Source of the DNA: Aliivibrio fischeri ES114 | GTDB taxonomy: Bacteria > Pseudomonadota > Gammaproteobacteria > Enterobacterales > Vibrionaceae | Direction: 5' to 3' (one strand) | NCBI RefSeq assembly: GCF_000011805.1 | Contig: NC_006840.2 | DNA: 32,000 bases | Shown here: in pieces, positions 21,451 to 29,464 of the stretch | Numbering within the stretch: the first letter of the stretch is position 1 | Layout: each line of letters opens with the position of its first letter | Notes under the pieces: model-generated | The model's input: the letters and a program-made list of their open reading frames with translations, nothing else | Databases searched by the model: none | Told to the model about the DNA's origin: nothing | Position numbers and translations under genes: made by a program

Positions 21451-21475
21451 ACGAGATTCTTGCGAATCTAAATAA

Positions 21476-21560
21476 TGGTGCGGACGGAGAGACTTGAACT
21501 CTCACACCTCGCGGCGCCAGAACCTAAATCTGGTGCGTCTACCAATTCCGCCACGTCCGC
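21476..21560 (-). tRNA. tRNA-Leu(TAG), isoform GCGGACG/CGTCCGC
   Basis: Cloverleaf with TAG anticodon, CCA encoded. Confidence 0.97.
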
Positions 21561-21640
21561 ACAAATATTGTAGTGAAATTGGAGATTGGTGATCCAATAA
21601 CACGTTGTCATAATCGAAATAAATCAATTACGTTTTAAAG

Positions 21641-21715
21641 TGGCTGGGATACCTGGATTTGAACCAGGGAATGGCGGCATCAAAAGCCGCTGCCTTACCG
21701 CTTGGCGATATCCCA
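21641..21715 (-). tRNA. tRNA-Gln(TTG)
   Basis: Identical to the 20498 copy. Confidence 0.97.
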
Positions 21716-21740
21716 ACGAGATTCTTACGAATCTAAATAA

Positions 21741-21825
21741 TGGTGCGGTCGGAGAGACTTGAACTCTCACACCTCGCGGCGCCAGAACCTAAATCTGGTG
21801 CGTCTACCAATTCCGCCACGACCGC
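21741..21825 (-). tRNA. tRNA-Leu(TAG), isoform GCGGTCG/CGACCGC
   Basis: Cloverleaf with TAG anticodon, CCA encoded. Confidence 0.97.
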
Positions 21826-21905
21826 ACAAATTTTATAGTGAAACTGGAGATTGGTGATCCAATAACACGTTTTCATAATCGAAATGAATCAATTATGTTT
21901 TAAAG

Positions 21906-21980
21906 TGGCTGGGATACCTGGATTTGAACCAGGGAATGGCGGCATCAAAAGCCGCTGCCTTACCGCTTGGCGATATCCCA
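21906..21980 (-). tRNA. tRNA-Gln(TTG)
   Basis: Identical to the 20498 copy. Confidence 0.97.
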
Positions 21981-22005
21981 ACGAGATTCTTACGAATCTA
22001 AATAA

Positions 22006-22090
22006 TGGTGCGGACGGAGAGACTTGAACTCTCACACCTTGCGGCGCCAGAACCTAAATCTGGTGCGTCTACCAATTCCGCCACGTCCGC
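22006..22090 (-). tRNA. tRNA-Leu(TAG), isoform GCGGACG/CGTCCGC with variable-arm GCAA instead of GCGA
   Basis: Cloverleaf with TAG anticodon; plus strand reads cctTgcggcg where other copies read cctCgcggcg. Confidence 0.96.
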
Positions 22091-22168
22091 ATTCTACTAT
22101 TTTAACGTTAATACGTTAAGTAGAAATTTTATTTTAATCGACAATTGGATAATCAATTAAAAATTGTA

Positions 22169-22245
22169 TGGTGGCTACTACGGGATTTGAACCTGTGACC
22201 CCATCATTATGAGTGATGTGCTCTAACCAGCTGAGCTAAGTAGCC
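22169..22245 (-). tRNA. tRNA-Met(CAT), first gene of the operon
   Basis: Identical to the 20768 copy; nearest to the promoter. Confidence 0.95.
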
Positions 22246-22303
22246 AAATTGTCTTGCATTTCTTGCTTGTCTCTCTTTCGCCTTAGCGGTGAGGACGGAG
22301 CGC

Positions 22304-22332
22304 ATTATGCGTATCTAAGGCTTATGCGTCAA
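22304..22332 (-). promoter_or_regulatory. Sigma70 promoter of the tRNA operon
   Basis: Minus strand TTGACG-N17-CATAAT followed by GC-rich discriminator GCGCTCCG; A/T-rich tract TTTTTTTCAAAAAAG directly upstream (UP-element-like). Confidence 0.85.
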
Positions 22333-22522
22333 CACTTTTTTGAAAAAAACAGTAATTCTTTGTTTGTTCGAACGGAATTTAATCAAACCGTGCTTTTTAT
22401 ATGCAAATATGAGCATAAATGAATAAAACTCAGTATATAAGAGATAAAAAGGGGGGAAGAAAAATAACAGAGGACTGGTTGAAAAGTAATCTTAAGTGGT
22501 TGAATTATTAGCAAGTAATAAA

Positions 22523-22546
22523 AAGGCCAGCAAATTTGCTGGCCTT
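22523..22546 (-). terminator. Terminator downstream of ychF
   Basis: Perfect palindrome AAGGCCAGCAAATTTGCTGGCCTT followed on the minus strand by TTTTATT. Confidence 0.85.
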
Positions 22547-22552
22547 ATTTAA

Positions 22553-23644
22553 TTATACGTTGAAGCGGAAATGAACAACATCACCATCTTTAACGATATA
22601 TTCTTTACCTTCTAGGCGCCATTTACCTGCTTCTTTAGCTCCACTCTCACCGTTGAACTCGATGAAGTTGTCGTAACCAATAACTTCAGCACGGATAAAG
22701 CCTTTTTCAAAGTCAGTATGGATCTTACCAGCTGCTTGTGGTGCTGTAGCTCCTACAGGGATAGTCCATGCACGAACTTCTTTAACACCAGCAGTGAAGT
22801 AAGTTTGAAGAGTAAGCAGTTCATAACCAGAGCGGATTACGCGGTTTAGACCTGGTTCTTCGATACCCATATCAGCAAGGAACTCTTCACGATCTTCATC
22901 GTCAAGTTCAGAAAGCTCAGATTCAATAGCAGCACAAACAGGAACAACTACGTTGTTTTCTTTTTCTGCGTATTCACGAACCATATCTAGGAATGGGTTA
23001 TCTTCGAAGCCATCTTCGCTTACGTTAGCAATGTACATTGTTGGTTTTAACGTTAGGAAGTTTAGGTAACCAATAGCTGCCGCTTCTTCTTTAGTTAACT
23101 CAACAGTGCGAGCCATACCACCTTCAGTTAATACTGGAAGCAGTTTCTCAAGTACAGAAATTTCAAACTTCGCGTCTTTGTCTCCGCCTTTTGCTTTTTT
23201 CGCATTACGTTGCATTGCACGTTCACACGAATCTAAATCAGCAAGAGCAAGTTCAAGGTTGATGATCTCAATATCTTCAATTGGTGAGATCTTACCAGCA
23301 ACGTGAATGATGTTTTCATTTTCAAAACAACGAACAACATGACCAATTGCATCTGTTTCACGGATGTTTGCTAGGAATTTGTTACCTAGACCTTCACCTT
23401 TAGATGCGCCTGCCACTAAACCAGCGATATCAACGAATTCCATTGTAGTAGGAAGAATACGTTCTGGTTTTACGATTTTTGCTAATGCATCTAAACGTAG
23501 ATCAGGAACAGGAACCACACCTGTGTTTGGCTCAATTGTACAGAAAGGGAAGTTTGCTGCTTCGATTCCTGCTTTTGTTAGTGCGTTAAATAGTGTTGAT
23601 TTACCAACGTTTGGAAGACCAACGATTCCGCATTTAAAACCCAT
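22553..23644 (-). CDS. ychF: Redox-regulated ATPase YchF (OLA1-type GTPase/ATPase)
   Basis: 363 aa; [52 protein letters not shown]-like C-terminus. Confidence 0.97.
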   Translation of the reverse strand: MGFKCGIVGLPNVGKSTLFNALTKAGIEAANFPFCTIEPNTGVVPVPDLRLDALAKIVKPERILPTTMEFVDIAGLVAGASKGEGLGNKFLANIRETDAIGHVVRCFENENIIHVAGKISPIEDIEIINLELALADLDSCERAMQRNAKKAKGGDKDAKFEISVLEKLLPVLTEGGMARTVELTKEEAAAIGYLNFLTLKPTMYIANVSEDGFEDNPFLDMVREYAEKENNVVVPVCAAIESELSELDDEDREEFLADMGIEEPGLNRVIRSGYELLTLQTYFTAGVKEVRAWTIPVGATAPQAAGKIHTDFEKGFIRAEVIGYDNFIEFNGESGAKEAGKWRLEGKEYIVKDGDVVHFRFNV

Positions 23645-23663
23645 GATGTAAACCTTATCTGTG

Positions 23664-24253
23664 TTATTCAGCTTTGAATGTGTGTAAACGATTTTGTGCT
23701 TTGCTTAATCCATCTTTGAGAAGGATATCAAGGCAGCGTGTAGATTCATCTACTGCAGCATCGATTAATTCTTGCTCTTTAGTTGGCGCTTTACCTAAAA
23801 CAAAACCGGCAACTTTATCTTTATGGCCAGGATGACCAATGCCAATACGAAGGCGGTAAAACTCTTTCGTATTCGCTAATTTACTAATGGTGTCACGTAA
23901 ACCGTTATGGCCACCGTGTCCACCACCTTTTTTAAATTTAGCAACACCAGGAGGGAGATCCAGTTCATCATGAGCAACAAGAATTTCTTCCGGTTTGATC
24001 TGATAGAACTTTGCCATCGCAGCGATAGCTTTACCTGATAGATTCATAAAAGTGGTTGGGATCAACAATCGAAGATCATCACCATTACTTTGGATCCTAC
24101 CAGTTAAGCCGAAGAATTTAGCTTCTTCTCGCATAGAAACATTATGAACTCGAGCGAGTTCTTCAACAACCCATGCACCAGCATTATGGCGAGTTCTTTT
24201 ATACTCAAGACCAGGTTTGCTAGTCCAACGAGAAGTTTGATCTGATTACTCAA
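23664..24253 (-). CDS. pth: Peptidyl-tRNA hydrolase, reading frame interrupted by an apparent 1-nt deletion near 24214-24215 (intact ORF only 23664..24134)
   Basis: 23664..24134 encodes [14 protein letters not shown]...FMNLSGKA...HDELDLPPG...[12 protein letters not shown]. Upstream, TTG 24253 encodes [12 protein letters not shown] in one frame and [27 protein letters not shown] in another; one extra C in AACCTGG (AACCCTGG) would join them to a 196-aa protein. Confidence 0.9.
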
Positions 24254-24390
24254 AGAATTATCTCTCTTATCTTGGATACTAATATGATTAATGAACTTGT
24301 TTAGAGCGTATGAGAGCTAAATACAATTAATGATATTAGTATGCACCATTAAAAAGGCGCGCCATATTACCACAAGAATTCCAAATACAA

Positions 24391-24416
24391 AAACGCCCCG
24401 CAAAGGCAGGGCGTTT
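24391..24416 (-). terminator. Terminator downstream of prs
   Basis: Minus strand AAACGCCCTGCCTTTGCGGGGCGTTT followed by TTG; 8-bp outer stem. Confidence 0.85.
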
Positions 24417-24434
24417 GAATAGATTTCTGTTTGA

Positions 24435-25382
24435 TTAGTGATCAAACATTGCAGAGATAGACTCTTCATTGCTGATACGACGAATCGCTTCAGCTAGCAT
24501 GCGAGAAAGGCTAAGTTCAGTTACTTTACCTGTTGCTGCCATTTCTTTAGAAAGAGTAATTGAGTCAGTTACGATAACTTGGTCAAGAACTGAGTTTGCA
24601 ATGTTTTGTGGTGCACTACCAGAGAATACTGCGTGAGTTGCGTATGCAAATACACGTTTTGCGCCACGCTCTTTAAGCGCTTCAGCAGCTTTACATAATG
24701 TACCGCCAGTATCGATCATGTCATCAACGATTACACAATCACGACCGTCAACATCACCAATTAGGTTCATTACTTCAGAAACGTTAGCACGTGGACGGCG
24801 CTTATCAACGATAGCGATATCAACATCACCTAATGCTTTTGCTGTTGCACGAGCACGAACAACACCGCCTAGGTCAGGAGAAACAACAACAGGGTTTTCT
24901 AAACCACGAGTACGCATGTCATCAAGCAGTACAGGAGTACCGAAGATGTTGTCTACAGGTACGTCGAAGAAACCTTGAATTTGTTCAGCGTGAAGGTCGA
25001 TAGTTAAAACGCGGTCAACACCAACGTTTGAAAGCATATCAGCAATAACTTTTGCAGTGATTGGTACACGAGCAGAACGTACACGACGATCTTGACGAGC
25101 GTAACCAAAGTATGGGATTACCGCAGTAATACGGCCAGCAGAAGCACGACGAAGTGCATCAATCATCACTACTAATTCCATAATGTTGTCATTAGTAGGA
25201 GCACAAGTCGATTGAATGATGAAAACATCACTACCACGTACATTCTCGTTAATTTGAACGGCTACTTCGCCGTCAGAAAAACGATCTACAGTAGCGTCAC
25301 CAAGTGAAATATATAGTCGATCAGCGATACGTTGGGCTAGTTCAGGAGTTGCATTACCAGCAAATAGCTTCATGTCAGGCAC
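24435..25382 (-). CDS. prs: Ribose-phosphate pyrophosphokinase (GTG start at 25382)
   Basis: (M)[22 protein letters not shown]...[21 protein letters not shown]...[16 protein letters not shown]...[18 protein letters not shown]; 315 aa, matches family length when GTG is used; ORF-track extension to 25433 likely spurious. Confidence 0.96.
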   Translation of the reverse strand: MPDMKLFAGNATPELAQRIADRLYISLGDATVDRFSDGEVAVQINENVRGSDVFIIQSTCAPTNDNIMELVVMIDALRRASAGRITAVIPYFGYARQDRRVRSARVPITAKVIADMLSNVGVDRVLTIDLHAEQIQGFFDVPVDNIFGTPVLLDDMRTRGLENPVVVSPDLGGVVRARATAKALGDVDIAIVDKRRPRANVSEVMNLIGDVDGRDCVIVDDMIDTGGTLCKAAEALKERGAKRVFAYATHAVFSGSAPQNIANSVLDQVIVTDSITLSKEMAATGKVTELSLSRMLAEAIRRISNEESISAMFDH

Positions 25383-25420
25383 GGTGGAAACCTCAGGGTT
25401 GCGTCCAAATTGTGAGAATT

Positions 25421-26287
25421 TTATATTTTGCATAATGATTTATACTCTTCCAGTGTTCGGTTGAGTGGCGAAGTATTCATACCTCGGGCGATAAATCCGG
25501 TTGCATTATCAGGGATTAAAGAATAAACATCTTGTGCTTCTTTTTCGCTGTTAAATTCAGCAAAAACACAAGCGCCTGTTCCAGTTAATCTCGATGGCGC
25601 ATATTCTAACAGCCATGAAAGTTGGTAATCAACCTCTGGATACACACTTCTGACAATTTTTTCGCAATCGTTTACGTATGTTGCCTCTAAAAGTGCGTTA
25701 AGTGGCTGTTTTGGTGTATTTCTGACCAAGTTAGGATGAGTGAAAACATCGACGGTTGCGATACTGACTTCTGGTTTGATTAAAACGTACCATAACTCTT
25801 TAGGGGTGGCTGGTTGCAATTTCTCACCAATACCTTCTGCAAAAGCGGCAAATCCATGAACAAAAATAGGCACATCAGCCCCTAGTTTTACTCCGAGTGC
25901 TGCTAAAGTATCGTTACTTAAATTGAGCTGCCATAGAAAATTAAGGGCGACGAGTACGGTTGCTGCATTAGAGGAACCACCACCGATGCCTCCACCCATA
26001 GGTAAAATCTTTTCTATTTCGATATGAGCACCGAATTCACATTGACTGTGCTGCTGTAATAGCGTTGCCGCTTTCCATATCAGATTATCTTCAGTTTTTA
26101 CTCCAGGAATGTCTGGTGCAAGGGTTATTTGACCTGATTGATTAGCAGTAATGGTGAGGTGATCACATAAATCAATAAATTGAAATAAAGTTTGAAGCTC
26201 ATGGTAGCCATTTTCTTGTTGGCCATTGATATAAAGAAATAGGTTTAATTTGGCTGGGGATGGCCAGCGAGTTGTTTTGGTGATCAT
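25421..26287 (-). CDS. ispE: 4-diphosphocytidyl-2-C-methyl-D-erythritol kinase (start refined to 26287)
   Basis: [30 protein letters not shown]; GHMP kinase motif [15 protein letters not shown]. Confidence 0.95.
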   Translation of the reverse strand: MITKTTRWPSPAKLNLFLYINGQQENGYHELQTLFQFIDLCDHLTITANQSGQITLAPDIPGVKTEDNLIWKAATLLQQHSQCEFGAHIEIEKILPMGGGIGGGSSNAATVLVALNFLWQLNLSNDTLAALGVKLGADVPIFVHGFAAFAEGIGEKLQPATPKELWYVLIKPEVSIATVDVFTHPNLVRNTPKQPLNALLEATYVNDCEKIVRSVYPEVDYQLSWLLEYAPSRLTGTGACVFAEFNSEKEAQDVYSLIPDNATGFIARGMNTSPLNRTLEEYKSLCKI

Positions 26288-26910
26288 TGAGAAATTATCC
26301 AATTTGAAGCAATGATTTTAATGGTGGTATCTTGTTGAGTGAGTTTCATTGAATTAGGGAGAAGTAGGTTACTTTTTTCAATATAGCTGTTGTAACGTAA
26401 ATGCCAGTTAGTTTGACCAATTTGTTTTGATAAGTGTTCTACAGTATTAAGCTCATTGAGTTGGAAATTATCTGCTGCGGTCGGTAAGCCTTTAATCCAA
26501 TCTTGTAAATACCCTATAGGCATGCTGATGCCACTTAAGCTATACATTAATTTTCCAGGATCACGACCTTCAAATTTTTGCCCATCGCCAGTCTCGATTG
26601 TTGTCATTTGCTCTGTCATTGTTAGTTTCATTACCGTTTGGCCAAGAAATGAAGTGAGCAATAGTTGACTTTGTTCTGGTTTTTGAATCCACTGGAAATT
26701 TAAACTATGGCGTTGGTTTGGTGCTTGATATCCGATTTTTCCTGTTACTTTATATTGCGTAATCTGTTCGAGTTTTGCTTGATGTTTATCCCAATCTGTC
26801 GATTGTTGAGGTGTTAAAGGGGTCGTTGAACAGGCGTTAAGAAAAAGCGTGAATATGAGAATAGTAAAAGGGGAACGTACAAAGCGAGGAAACATTCTTG
26901 ATAATCTCAT
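26284..26910 (-). CDS. lolB: Outer-membrane lipoprotein receptor LolB (start probably 26910 or 26895)
   Basis: Signal peptide with lipobox LFLNACS; [25 protein letters not shown]; adjacent to ispE. Confidence 0.9.
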   Translation of the reverse strand: MRLSRMFPRFVRSPFTILIFTLFLNACSTTPLTPQQSTDWDKHQAKLEQITQYKVTGKIGYQAPNQRHSLNFQWIQKPEQSQLLLTSFLGQTVMKLTMTEQMTTIETGDGQKFEGRDPGKLMYSLSGISMPIGYLQDWIKGLPTAADNFQLNELNTVEHLSKQIGQTNWHLRYNSYIEKSNLLLPNSMKLTQQDTTIKIIASNWIISQ

Positions 26911-27079
26911 CTTTAATTCTGAAGTAATGCAACAATTGTAGCAAATTAATGGCGAATTTGGAGCCAAATAGTATTTGAATATCACTAATTTCTTACACAA
27001 AAGCCTTGATGCCTTTTAAAATTGGGTCGCATCAAGTAAAATCCGCCCTTGTTATTTTTATTATTGGTCCGTTTGCCGA

Positions 27080-28336
27080 ATGTCATTGCTTGTTATTGGA
27101 ATTAATCATACGTCAGCCTCTGTTGATTTACGTGAGAAAGTTGCATTTTCTCCGGAAAAATTGACAAAAGCGTTAGATGAATTAAAAAACAGCGATGCAA
27201 TTCAAAGTGGCGTAATCCTATCGACCTGTAATCGAACAGAAATCTATTGCGAAGTTAAACACGGTATTAGCAGCGGTTATGTGATTAATTGGCTCGCTGA
27301 ATTTCATCATGTCGCACTAGAAACCTTAATGCCTAGTATTTATATCCATGAAGAGCAAGCAGCAGTAAAACATCTTATGCGTGTTTCTTGTGGTTTGGAT
27401 TCGTTGGTTTTAGGTGAACCACAAATTTTGGGGCAAGTTAAAAAAGCCTTTGCAGATGCACGAGAGCACAATGCGGTTGAAGGAACAATTGAAAAATTAT
27501 TTCAGCAGGATTTCTCGGTAGCAAAAAGAGTACGCACTGAAACCAATATTGGTGGCAATGCAGTTTCTGTTGCTTATGCAGCATGTACATTAGCTCGTCA
27601 AATTTTTGAATCTCTGTCTGATTCGACCGTACTTTTGGTTGGAGCAGGAGAAACTATTGAGCTTGTCGCAAAACATTTAGATGATTCTGGTTGTAAAAGA
27701 CTGATTGTTGCTAACCGAACTCGTGAGCGAGCGATGGGATTAGCGGAGCAATTTAATGCTGAAGTCATTAGTCTTCCTGAGATTCCTGAGCATCTCCCTA
27801 AAGCCGATATCATTATTAGTTCTACTGCAAGTCCTTTACCTATTATTGGTAAGGGGATGGTTGAAAGTGCGTTGAAATTACGTAAACACCAACCAATGTT
27901 GTTTGTTGATATTGCTGTTCCTCGAGATATTGAGGGTGAAGTCGCAGAATTAAATGATGCGTATTTATATTCAGTTGATGATCTTCAATCTATTATTGAT
28001 CACAATATAGAACAACGAAAAATAGAAGCGATACAAGCTGAAGCAATTGTCAGTGAAGAGAGCGCAGAATTCATGACATGGATTCGTTCTCGTCAAGCGG
28101 TAAATAGTATCCGTCAGTATCGTGAAAATTCAGAAGCGATGCGAATTGAGCTATTGCAAAAAAGTATGCAAGCACTTGCTTCAGGACAAAATCCAGAAAA
28201 AGTATTGGCTGAACTCAGTAATAAGTTAACCAATAAACTCATTCATGCACCAACATTGGCGATGCAGCAAGCTGCAAAAAACGGTGAAACTGAAAAATTA
28301 ACAGTAATCCGAACCACTATTGGTCTAGACAACTAA
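27080..28336 (+). CDS. hemA: Glutamyl-tRNA reductase
   Basis: 418 aa; [54 protein letters not shown]. Confidence 0.97.
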   Translation: MSLLVIGINHTSASVDLREKVAFSPEKLTKALDELKNSDAIQSGVILSTCNRTEIYCEVKHGISSGYVINWLAEFHHVALETLMPSIYIHEEQAAVKHLMRVSCGLDSLVLGEPQILGQVKKAFADAREHNAVEGTIEKLFQQDFSVAKRVRTETNIGGNAVSVAYAACTLARQIFESLSDSTVLLVGAGETIELVAKHLDDSGCKRLIVANRTRERAMGLAEQFNAEVISLPEIPEHLPKADIIISSTASPLPIIGKGMVESALKLRKHQPMLFVDIAVPRDIEGEVAELNDAYLYSVDDLQSIIDHNIEQRKIEAIQAEAIVSEESAEFMTWIRSRQAVNSIRQYRENSEAMRIELLQKSMQALASGQNPEKVLAELSNKLTNKLIHAPTLAMQQAAKNGETEKLTVIRTTIGLDN

Positions 28337-28375
28337 GCGTAGCGTTCGCTACCAACAAAAAGAACAAATATTATT

Positions 28376-29464
28376 ATGAAAGCATCCATTCGAGTAAAAT
28401 TAGAGACGCTGGTTGAGCGTTATGAAGAAGTTCAGCATTTATTAGGCGATCCTGATGTTATCGGAGACCAAAATAAGTTTCGTGCTTTATCTCGTGAATA
28501 CTCACAGCTAGAAGAAGTTACACAATGCTTCCAAGCGTATGAGCAAGCTCAAGAAGATCTTGTTGCAGCCCAAGAAATGGCGCAAGAAGATGATGAAGAA
28601 ATGCGTGAGATGGCACAAGAAGAAATTAAAGATGCTAAAGAAGCTATTGAACGTTTAACTGATGAACTTCAAGTTCTTCTTCTTCCAAAAGATCCAAACG
28701 ATGAACGTAACTGTTTCTTAGAAATCCGTGCTGGTGCAGGTGGTGATGAAGCGGGTATTTTTGCTGGTAACTTATTCCGCATGTATTCACGTTTTGCTGA
28801 GAAAAAGGGCTGGCGCGTTGAAGTAATGAGCTCAAACGAAGCTGAACACGGTGGTTATAAAGAAATGATCGCAAAAGTGAGCGGTGAAGGTGCATACGGT
28901 GTACTTAAGTTTGAATCAGGCGGTCACCGTGTACAACGTGTACCAGAAACTGAATCTCAAGGCCGTGTACACACATCGGCATGTACGGTTGCAGTTATGG
29001 CTGAAATCCCAGAAGCGGATCTTCCTGAAATTAAAGCAGCAGACTTAAAAATTGATACTTTCCGTGCATCAGGCGCGGGTGGTCAGCACGTTAACACCAC
29101 GGATTCCGCAATCCGTATTACTCACTTACCAACAGGTACGGTTGTTGAATGTCAGGATGAACGTTCACAACATAAAAACAAAGCAAAAGCGATGTCTGTT
29201 CTTGCTGCTCGTATTATTCAAGCAGAAGAAGCTCGTCGTGCTGCTGCTGTTTCAGATACTCGCCGTAACTTGTTAGGTTCTGGTGACCGTTCAGATCGAA
29301 TCCGTACTTATAACTACCCACAAGGTCGTGTATCGGATCACCGCATTAACTTAACGGTTTACCGTTTAAATGAAGTGATGGAAGGTGATTTGGGCTGTCT
29401 AATTGAGCCAGTTGTTCTTGAGTACCAAGCAGACCAATTAGCTGCATTGGCTGAACAAAACTAA
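28376..29464 (+). CDS. prfA: Peptide chain release factor 1
   Basis: 362 aa; [43 protein letters not shown] (GGQ motif), PxT-type anticodon region. Confidence 0.98.
   Translation: MKASIRVKLETLVERYEEVQHLLGDPDVIGDQNKFRALSREYSQLEEVTQCFQAYEQAQEDLVAAQEMAQEDDEEMREMAQEEIKDAKEAIERLTDELQVLLLPKDPNDERNCFLEIRAGAGGDEAGIFAGNLFRMYSRFAEKKGWRVEVMSSNEAEHGGYKEMIAKVSGEGAYGVLKFESGGHRVQRVPETESQGRVHTSACTVAVMAEIPEADLPEIKAADLKIDTFRASGAGGQHVNTTDSAIRITHLPTGTVVECQDERSQHKNKAKAMSVLAARIIQAEEARRAAAVSDTRRNLLGSGDRSDRIRTYNYPQGRVSDHRINLTVYRLNEVMEGDLGCLIEPVVLEYQADQLAALAEQN

Larger units (their letters stand above)
21211..22090 (-). repeat. 265-bp tandem repeat (spacer hairpins + Gln + Leu), about 3.3 units
   Basis: Leu starts at 21211, 21476, 21741, 22006 and Gln starts at 21376, 21641, 21906 are each exactly 265 bp apart; spacers near-identical. 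Confidence 0.95.

Noticed and set aside
20683-21905. Periodic 265/356-bp repeats considered as a possible CRISPR-like or integron-like array
   Set aside because: The repeat content is tRNA genes plus conserved spacers; there are no short identical repeats with unique spacers, no cas genes and no integrase in the window.
20498-22245. tRNA array as an integration site for a genomic island
   Set aside because: No integrase, att-like partial tRNA duplication or foreign cargo is seen on either side; both flanks are core genes.
23106-23651. Plus-strand ORFs antisense to ychF (66 and 95 aa)
   Set aside because: Antisense shadows of a conserved coding region.
25383-25433. 17-aa extension of prs ([17 protein letters not shown])
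   Set aside because: Prs family N-terminus begins at (M)PDMKLFAG with GTG at 25382. The extension is probably spurious, though a leader peptide cannot be fully excluded.
28644-29276. Small ORFs overlapping prfA
   Set aside because: Shadow frames of prfA with low-complexity composition; no support.
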